Source: a bacterium
GTDB taxonomy: Bacteria; Patescibacteriota; Minisyncoccia; Phycocordibacterales; UBA6899
DNA: 64,000 bases
Direction: 5' to 3'
Assembly (NCBI GenBank): GCA_043756865.1
Contig: JAYUQG010000019.1
Location: forward strand, 33,772-97,771
The translations under genes and the position numbers were made by a program. Each line of letters begins with the position of its first letter. The stretch's first letter is position 1. A model generated the notes under the pieces. That model had not been told where the DNA came from. It searched no databases and was given only the letters and a program-made list of their open reading frames with translations. This document shows positions 1-6,960 of this stretch, piece after piece.

Positions 1-192
1 TTACTAATCGTCGCTCTGCACGCCATACAAGTTTTTCTTGCTTCATACATTTCTGCGTTATTAATTTCTGCTAAATAACGAGAAAGCCCACTTCGTTAGA
101 AGTCTCAGGGAACCAACTGGTGATTCTCTCAGGCTTTCTTAACGAAATGGGCGCGGCACGATCGTGCGGTACTCATCCGTAATATTCAATTG

Positions 193-603
193 TTACTTCT
201 TACTATACCTCTTGTATTTCTGTTCGCGCATCTTGGAGGTGTGGATAAGTTGCGTCCGCTTTTGTCCTTCGACCTTCTTAATCTTTTCCGCCACGTCGGA
301 AGCAAGACTGAGGCTGAAATTCCCGTCGGGGGGCAGTATTACGATGTCGAACCCCCGTTTCCTTGCGTTTTCAAGTATTTTCTTTGGTATGAGGGTTTGA
401 AGCGGTATCCCAACCCCTTTTACGGGATCAAAAACCAGACTGCCAGGCTCTCCCGCCTTGGGAAGTGGCGCAAAGATCCGGGGGTATTCTTCTCCTTTTT
501 TCTCCGCATTGTCCATTGCCTTCACAATGTCTGTTGTTGGCTTTGCGGGCGACGAGTGAAGTTTGGGGTCCACGAGTTGTAGGTAAATTTTCTTTCGTTC
601 CAT
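193..603 (-). CDS. hypothetical basic protein (136 aa)
   Basis: ATG at 603 (rc). K/R-rich termini and balanced composition. Overlapping + strand ORFs (164-400, 190-582) look compositionally worse. No recognisable motif. Confidence 0.35.
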   Translation of the reverse strand: MERKKIYLQLVDPKLHSSPAKPTTDIVKAMDNAEKKGEEYPRIFAPLPKAGEPGSLVFDPVKGVGIPLQTLIPKKILENARKRGFDIVILPPDGNFSLSLASDVAEKIKKVEGQKRTQLIHTSKMREQKYKRYSKK

Positions 604-689
604 ACGCCTTACGCTAGCTAATATGCGGGGGAAAGTAAATGATATTTAGGTAATTGACGAGGGGTAAATTCGTTCTAGGATTTGAGATT

Positions 690-2003
690 ATGAAACACTT
701 AAAACCCGAGCAGTATTATATCGACCTTTATGACCGCCATACGGTAGAGCGGTGCCGTGGGGCAGAACGTTCGTATGCACGAACGGATGATCAACCACAG
801 GAGGAGGAAGGAGTGATCAAAGAAGAAGCAGGGCGCATGGAGAAAATGGTGAGAAAGTTATTTCTTCGCGCGGAAGCGGGAGAGCGATATCTCAATAAAT
901 CGAAGGCGATCCGTGAGTGGATGGATGCCGACAGAAATCGTGATGAATTGTTGGACTCCACACAAGCGCCCGAGGGTATCCGCTGTCTGACGTGTCGGAA
1001 TATTGTGAAGCCAACATTTAATGATCTCTGGCTTGCCACAGAAGACAAAAAACCCGAGCGGGTGCTGTTCATGTATGACTGTCCGAATGAATGTCTCCCG
1101 CGTCGTGCGTTTTTCTCCGATGGTGAGGAGTATCGCGTGAAGCCCGATCTTTGCCCGCGCTGTGATGTCCCGCTCGAAAAGAAGAGTGAGGATGACGGGA
1201 AGAAACTAACAACAACGCGCACCTGTCTGAAGTGTGGATACAGCGATACGGATGAATTCGAGTGGTCCTACAAGAAAGAGGATGAGTTCGATCCAAACTT
1301 TGCCGCCGATCGTGATCGCTTCTGCCTTACCACCGAGGAAGGTCAAAAATACTGGGAGGAAAAGTCTTGGTGGGAACGGATGGCGCAGTTTTCGGAAGAA
1401 ATTAAGAAGCAAAACGAAGATTGGGCGGCAAGGCTGGCAGCTAGCCCAAACGGCTTCATTCTCGAAGGTGTTGGTCGTACTTGTGCGATATGTGGCGATG
1501 GGTCTCGAGAAGGCGGTAGTTGGTACGATTCATACGGCTTGAAATGCTTTGTCTGCCAAAAGGCAATTGATGTCGGAGACATACCCGCCACGCTCGCAAA
1601 TGATAAGGAAAGTTGGTACAGCAAATATAATCTCGAAAGTGCGTTTAGTCTTAAGGGTCCAACTCTCAAGAAGTGGGTCAAGGATGGCGTTATCAAGTCC
1701 CGCGTCATTAGCTATTACGGTAAAGGTACTCATTGTGAGATCTTTCTCATCGAAGACAATAAGGGTTTTCTGCCTCCGAAGGAGATGGTTAAATCACATA
1801 GCGTAAGTGAGGTGAAGGATGTCAAGACTTGGCACCATTCGGAGCCATGGTATCGGTTCGTTGATCCGATGGAATATCTCAAGGACTATGGGATCATTAA
1901 GCATATGCGGGTCGTTCCGCCTGAGGAAATGGCGGCTCGGGAAGAGGAGAAGAAGCGGAAATGGGAGGAGAAACAGGAACGCAAAAAGCAAATGAAAAAG
2001 TGA
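690..2003 (+). CDS. multi-zinc-ribbon hypothetical protein with K/E-rich C-terminal tail
   Basis: ORF-track start 654 is TTG; first ATG (MKHLKPEQ) is at 690. Six Cys pairs (CLTC, CPNEC, CPRC, CLKC, CAIC, CFVC) form three predicted Zn ribbons. Tail reads EEEKKRKWEEKQERKKQMKK. Confidence 0.5.
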   Translation: MKHLKPEQYYIDLYDRHTVERCRGAERSYARTDDQPQEEEGVIKEEAGRMEKMVRKLFLRAEAGERYLNKSKAIREWMDADRNRDELLDSTQAPEGIRCLTCRNIVKPTFNDLWLATEDKKPERVLFMYDCPNECLPRRAFFSDGEEYRVKPDLCPRCDVPLEKKSEDDGKKLTTTRTCLKCGYSDTDEFEWSYKKEDEFDPNFAADRDRFCLTTEEGQKYWEEKSWWERMAQFSEEIKKQNEDWAARLAASPNGFILEGVGRTCAICGDGSREGGSWYDSYGLKCFVCQKAIDVGDIPATLANDKESWYSKYNLESAFSLKGPTLKKWVKDGVIKSRVISYYGKGTHCEIFLIEDNKGFLPPKEMVKSHSVSEVKDVKTWHHSEPWYRFVDPMEYLKDYGIIKHMRVVPPEEMAAREEEKKRKWEEKQERKKQMKK

Positions 2004-2075
2004 TACTTAAAAAATTGGTAACCATGTCATTGGACCACTTAACAGAGCCATATTTTGCGATTTTGATTAATGTGC

Positions 2076-2104
2076 TTGACAATTAGTAGCATATAGAATA
2101 CAAT
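2076..2104 (+). promoter_or_regulatory. sigma70-like promoter (TTGACA-17-TACAAT) upstream of the 2139-9606 gene string
   Basis: TTGACA at 2076-2081, 17-nt spacer, TACAAT at 2099-2104. About 35 nt upstream of the ATG at 2139. Confidence 0.45.
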
Positions 2105-2138
2105 CTTATATAAATATTACCAGTATTTATATAAAACT

Positions 2139-2816
2139 ATGAATAATGACAAAAGAGAAAGTTTCAAGCGACTCTCCCAATCCAGATTAGGAAAGATAAC
2201 AGATGCGCTTGATGTATTGGGTAACTGCTCGAATAAGAGTGCTTACGAGTACACAGAGGAGGATGTATCAGAAATTTTTGGCAAAATTGAGGAGAAAGTG
2301 CGCCAGACAAAATCAAGGTTCAAGCTAGAACCAGCTGTGCTTGTTCCTGGTGACAACAAATCTAAGACATGGAAGCAGCTTGCATCTAGTCTGAAGTCGC
2401 ATGGATCGTTGAATCATGCATTCTCTAAGACACAGTGGGGCCATCATTGCGTGCGGTTTTACATTAGAGACAGCATGTTTTGGATTACATGCTATACCGC
2501 GGATTTTAAAGATGCTGATAAGCGTAGATACGGAATATTTATCTCTTACCCAGGCTTTTTTCAGCGAAGCAATATGAGTGTCAGCCAAAAGGCAGCAGTT
2601 GATTCTTTGCAGTCGCTTTTGATTAAGAATGGCGACAAGATTAACAGTGTCCTGCCAGATGCCTATATTGCCGACAAAGATGCGGACGATGGAGAGTTGG
2701 CTGGATGGACTCGTGATCTAAGTGAGTTTCCATCAGATGAAGCGGCAATCGAATGGCTGAAATCAATGCTCGATACATATTCAGAACTTGTAGTCCCATT
2801 GATAAAAGAAGTTTAA
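2139..2816 (+). CDS. hypothetical protein (225 aa), first gene of the island operon
   Basis: ATG start. The stop is 13 nt before the next gene. No motif recognised. Confidence 0.5.
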   Translation: MNNDKRESFKRLSQSRLGKITDALDVLGNCSNKSAYEYTEEDVSEIFGKIEEKVRQTKSRFKLEPAVLVPGDNKSKTWKQLASSLKSHGSLNHAFSKTQWGHHCVRFYIRDSMFWITCYTADFKDADKRRYGIFISYPGFFQRSNMSVSQKAAVDSLQSLLIKNGDKINSVLPDAYIADKDADDGELAGWTRDLSEFPSDEAAIEWLKSMLDTYSELVVPLIKEV

Positions 2817-2829
2817 AATCTTTGGTTTC

Positions 2830-4338
2830 ATGAAATTAATATCTAAATCAAAGTTTCTTCAATATCTCGAGTGTCCAAAGGATACATGGTTTCTGCTGCA
2901 TATGCCGAACCTTCCGGAATTCGAGGTATCGACTTCTGAGCAAGGCATAATGGATCAGGGGAATGTCGTTGAAGAGTATGCAAAGAAGCTCAAAATATTT
3001 GCTGGGTATATTGAGGTCGAGAAACGGGGAAGAGAAGCAGATGAGGAAATTAGAAAACTTCTATCTCAAAAGGTTCCAGCCATATATCAACCCACCTTTG
3101 TTGCTGATGGATTTGTCATTCGTTGTGACTTCCTTGTGTGGAACAACAATGAAAGGAAGTGGGACCTGTATGAGGTGAAGGGCACTAATTCAAAAAAGGA
3201 TGAAGGGGGTCCACGGGACCACATCTCTGATATCGCATTTCAGGCAATCGTACTTGATCGCGCCGGTGTTTCCATTGGTAATAAATACATCGTCCATCTT
3301 AATAATGAGTATATTCGTGGCGACGAGTTGGATGTCGAACAGCTTTTTATTGTGAGCGACAGTACTGCTCAGGTAAAAGAAATGCTTGATGTTACTTCAG
3401 CACAAATGGAAAAGGCTAAAGAGTATCTCAATCAAGAAAATGAGCCGAAGGATGGTTGTGATTGTCATTTTAATGGTCGCAGTAGGCACTGCGACACGTT
3501 TGAGCGTTCACACCCCGAGATACCTGAATATTCCATACACGATATCTCGCGCATTGGGCTAAAGCCAGACAAGTTGATTCAGCTCATCACCGATGGAATT
3601 TATCATCTCGAGGATATCGACGACACATCAGATTTTAGTGTTATTCAGCAGAACCAAATTCATACCCACAAGACGAAGAAGGAAATTATTGATGTAAACG
3701 AGATTGCCAAGATTCTTGATGGTTATAAATATCCACTATACTTTTTTGATTACGAAACATTTGCGCCAGCGGTACCGATATACCCAGGATATGGAACATA
3801 TCGTCGTATCCCGATACAGTTCTCTTTGCACATCATAGACGAAAGGGGTGGTGCACTCCGTCACGTTGATTATGTACATACTGAAAACTCGGATCCATCT
3901 ATTTCAGTAGCCAAAATACTAGCTGATACGATTGATCCGAATGGCACTGTTCTTGCGTGGAATGTGGGGTTTGAAAAAGGTGTTACAAAAGAGCTTTCTG
4001 AACGCTTGCCGGAGTACAAAATTATACTCGATAGAATTTGTGATCAAATGCAGGATTTGCGTGATGTTTTTTCGAAACAACACTATGTGCATAAAGACTT
4101 TTGTGGGAGTTCAGGGGTGGGGGCTGTTATGGAGGCATTGTTGCCACATATGACATATGACCATCTGCCATATACGGGAAACGATGTTGGTTTCGTCTGG
4201 TGGAAGGATATTGTGAACGACGGAGCAAGTCCTGCTGATCGTGAAAAGAAGACGCACCTCATCCGTGAATACTGCAAACAAGATACTTTTGTAATGGTCG
4301 AAATCTTCCGTATCTTGAGTGATATTGCCAGAAATTAA
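2830..4338 (+). CDS. DUF2779-type nuclease-family protein (N-terminal PD-(D/E)xK / Cas4-RecB-like fold)
   Basis: N-terminus ISKSKFLQYLECPKDTWF resembles the DUF2779 family. A ..D..YEVKGT.. E-x-K motif is present, as is FFDYETFAPAVPIY. 502 aa. Confidence 0.6.
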   Translation: MKLISKSKFLQYLECPKDTWFLLHMPNLPEFEVSTSEQGIMDQGNVVEEYAKKLKIFAGYIEVEKRGREADEEIRKLLSQKVPAIYQPTFVADGFVIRCDFLVWNNNERKWDLYEVKGTNSKKDEGGPRDHISDIAFQAIVLDRAGVSIGNKYIVHLNNEYIRGDELDVEQLFIVSDSTAQVKEMLDVTSAQMEKAKEYLNQENEPKDGCDCHFNGRSRHCDTFERSHPEIPEYSIHDISRIGLKPDKLIQLITDGIYHLEDIDDTSDFSVIQQNQIHTHKTKKEIIDVNEIAKILDGYKYPLYFFDYETFAPAVPIYPGYGTYRRIPIQFSLHIIDERGGALRHVDYVHTENSDPSISVAKILADTIDPNGTVLAWNVGFEKGVTKELSERLPEYKIILDRICDQMQDLRDVFSKQHYVHKDFCGSSGVGAVMEALLPHMTYDHLPYTGNDVGFVWWKDIVNDGASPADREKKTHLIREYCKQDTFVMVEIFRILSDIARN

Positions 4339-4454
4339 TTTTGCTTTACGCCGATTAGTAATGGTTGTAGGGTAATGATTGCCGAGGGTGCATACGGGAG
4401 ATTGTCATGCATCGATCCCACTTGGCATAAAATGCAAAATATCAAAATAAATAT

Positions 4455-5666
4455 ATGAATGAAATTATTTGCCCAAATTGTAAAAAAGCTTTCAAGGTTG
4501 ACGAGACCGGATTTGCCGATATTTTAAAGCAAGTCCACGATCATGAGTTTGAAAAAGAACTAAATTCACGTGAGGAAATGCTAAAAAAAGATAAAGAAAA
4601 TGCAGTTAAACTCGCCGAGGCAAATATTACGAACTCACTGCAGAAAGACATTGCAAAGAAGGATGCTGAACTAGCCGAAATAAAATCCAAAATTAATAAC
4701 GCAGAGCTTGAGAAAAAACTTGCAGTCACTGAAGCGGTCAATAAAATTGAAAAAGAGCGCGATGAACTAGCTGGCGAGCTGAAAAGTAAAGATGCTGAGA
4801 AACAACTACTCGAGACATCACTAAAAGATAAATATACTACTGAGCTCAAGACCAAGGACGATATCATCAAGATGAAAGATGAGGAAATTGCTCTTCGTAA
4901 AGATATGAAGGTCAAGCTTTCAACAAAAATGATCGGTGAAACACTTGAACAACACTGCGAAACCGAGTTTAACAAACTTCGCGCAACTGGATTTCAGAAT
5001 TCGTATTTCGAAAAAGACAACGACGCAAAAACTGGCAGTAAGGGTGATTATATCTATCGCGAAACCGATGATGCTGGTAATGAAATCATTTCTATTATGT
5101 TTGAAATGAAAAACGAAGGCGATGAAACAGCTACCAAGAAAAAGAACGAAGACTTTTTACGCGAACTTGATAAGGATCGCGCCGAAAAAAAGTGTGAGTA
5201 TGCCGTTCTAGTTACACTTTTGGAATCTGAAAATGAGCTTTATAACACCGGCATTGTTGATGTTTCTCATAAATACCAAAAAATGTATGTAGTTCGACCA
5301 CAATTTTTCATTCCCATGATAACTCTACTACGCAACGCATCCATGAACTCGCTTAAGTATAAAGCCGAGCTTGCGGTGGTAAGGAATCAGAACATCGATA
5401 TCACCAACTTCGAGGAAAATATGAACAAGTTTAAAGATGGCTTTAAAAAAAATTATGAGCTTGCTTCAAGCCGATTTAAAATAGCAATCGATGAAATCGA
5501 CAAAACCATTGACCATCTTCAGAAAACCAAAGATGCGCTCCTGTCCTCTGAAAATAACCTTCGTCTAGCGAACAATAAAGCAGAATATCTGACAATCAAA
5601 AAACTGACGCATGCCAATCCTACAATGACTAAAATGTTCGCAGATATTACTGATGCAAGTGAATGA
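4455..5666 (+). CDS. DUF2130 family protein (N-terminal CxxC zinc ribbon, long coiled coil, globular C-terminus)
   Basis: [32 protein letters not shown] is a typical DUF2130 N-terminus. A K/E-rich heptad region follows. C-terminal segment [22 protein letters not shown] has a possible D...ExK motif. Confidence 0.65.
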   Translation: MNEIICPNCKKAFKVDETGFADILKQVHDHEFEKELNSREEMLKKDKENAVKLAEANITNSLQKDIAKKDAELAEIKSKINNAELEKKLAVTEAVNKIEKERDELAGELKSKDAEKQLLETSLKDKYTTELKTKDDIIKMKDEEIALRKDMKVKLSTKMIGETLEQHCETEFNKLRATGFQNSYFEKDNDAKTGSKGDYIYRETDDAGNEIISIMFEMKNEGDETATKKKNEDFLRELDKDRAEKKCEYAVLVTLLESENELYNTGIVDVSHKYQKMYVVRPQFFIPMITLLRNASMNSLKYKAELAVVRNQNIDITNFEENMNKFKDGFKKNYELASSRFKIAIDEIDKTIDHLQKTKDALLSSENNLRLANNKAEYLTIKKLTHANPTMTKMFADITDASE

Positions 5667-5733
5667 GTACAACCTTTTGACGTTCGGTCGGTTGTATTAC
5701 ATGCAGATAATTAAATAGTGCTTTATCCAGAGT

Positions 5734-6540
5734 GTGGCGAGAGACTGGCTCAACGACCCACCGGCAACCCTCAGTAATGAGAAGGTGCCAACCAGCCCCG
5801 AAAGGGGAAAGATAAACGTCGAAACTCTTTCCTTTGTACGGATGGAGTTTTTATTATTTAGGTTCAAAAACATGAGATCAACAACTATCAGTCGTGAAGC
5901 GTACCTTGGCAGTAAAGAGGAGAAGGAAATTTATGAATTAGAGGAAATAGACAGCAACAAGTATCGGCTACTCGGACGTGCCACAGGGATTAGCATGGAT
6001 CACTGCGTACTCATCGGATCAAATCACAAAAAAGAATTCTGGCACAGAGTGTATGGATTTCAGATTATACAAAATGAAAAAACAGAGAGAGCACTGCTTG
6101 AGGCGGCGCGGAAGATCAAGCCAGAGACCGAGTCGTATGTGACCGTGCAATTCTATGAACGGCTTTCAGAAGAAAAGTATATGTTTATACCCAAGCGCCT
6201 GGAAATTGCTGACCGTCCTGAGTTAAGCAACTTTCCACTTAATATATTGTTCGGCACGGCATGTCTCACTGACAACAACAGACAAATATTCGAAACGTCA
6301 GAATATGTCCCCGACCTCACCACCTTTACAGAGGAAGGTGATGAGCAGAAGTTGCGCTACTACAATTCACTCGATAACACGCGATGCCACTCTGCAGAGA
6401 TTGTGTATAACACAAAAGACCAATCGTATGTCGGTACGAAGTATCGCGGTGATAAACATGCCGGCATGGCTTTTGGTAATGCGTGGGATCCGTTCTTTGT
6501 GCATTTCACAATGCTGGGAGTAGGGGTTAACATTGATTAG
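5734..6540 (+). CDS. hypothetical protein (start uncertain)
   Basis: ORF-track start 5734 is GTG. In-frame ATGs lie at 5842 (MEFLLF) and 5872 (MRSTT; AGGT 11 nt upstream). No motif recognised. The 5' 100 nt are unusually GC-rich. Confidence 0.4.
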   Translation: MARDWLNDPPATLSNEKVPTSPERGKINVETLSFVRMEFLLFRFKNMRSTTISREAYLGSKEEKEIYELEEIDSNKYRLLGRATGISMDHCVLIGSNHKKEFWHRVYGFQIIQNEKTERALLEAARKIKPETESYVTVQFYERLSEEKYMFIPKRLEIADRPELSNFPLNILFGTACLTDNNRQIFETSEYVPDLTTFTEEGDEQKLRYYNSLDNTRCHSAEIVYNTKDQSYVGTKYRGDKHAGMAFGNAWDPFFVHFTMLGVGVNID

Positions 6541-6554
6541 ACTGAGATTCAACA

Positions 6555-6851
6555 ATGAAACCCACAACACCCCAAACCATTTCTCCTGCCAAGATGACGT
6601 TTGCCGTAGAGGCAAACTACGCGTCTTCGGGTTGGAAGACTCTGGTATTCAATTGCTATTGCCATACGCTGTTTGAGGCCGCCGAGGCAATTGGGACAGC
6701 AACACACTGTTCAGTAGCAGAATCAATCCGCTTGGCAGGCGTTGCCGAAACAACTGGCCAAGCAATCGTCATGGAAGGATCAGAATTTGAATGTGAGACA
6801 GCTGCCGGGGTGATTCGCGGCCGTGGACTTACCTCGCTCGCAACGACTTAG
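6555..6851 (+). CDS. small hypothetical protein (98 aa)
   Basis: ATG ORF filling the gap between flanking genes. GC is higher than its surroundings, so it could instead be structured RNA. Confidence 0.3.
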   Translation: MKPTTPQTISPAKMTFAVEANYASSGWKTLVFNCYCHTLFEAAEAIGTATHCSVAESIRLAGVAETTGQAIVMEGSEFECETAAGVIRGRGLTSLATT

Positions 6852-6960
6852 CTTAAATCATGCACCATGTCTAATCTTGGCTAATCTGCAATTGCACTCT
6901 TGCCAAAAATCAGAAAATAAGCATAACAATATATGTATTTTCATGTAGTATTCAAGATAT

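Noticed and set aside
654-689. ORF-track N-terminal extensions (examples 654, 12738, 15458, 17989, 27064, 30164, 42239, 47188, 54044)
   Set aside because: These 'M' codons are TTG or GTG in the DNA. In-frame ATGs with RBS-like context and family-typical N-termini lie downstream, so those shorter models were used.
4541-4975. 144-aa minus-strand ORF inside the DUF2130 gene
   Set aside because: Ser-rich low-complexity antisense translation of the coiled-coil K/E codons. It is not a gene.
5780-5830. Possible SRP/4.5S RNA domain IV (CCAG..CCCCGAAAGGGG)
   Set aside because: Lacks the asymmetric GGAA-loop architecture and the conserved AGCAGC. Kept only as a generic structured-leader observation.
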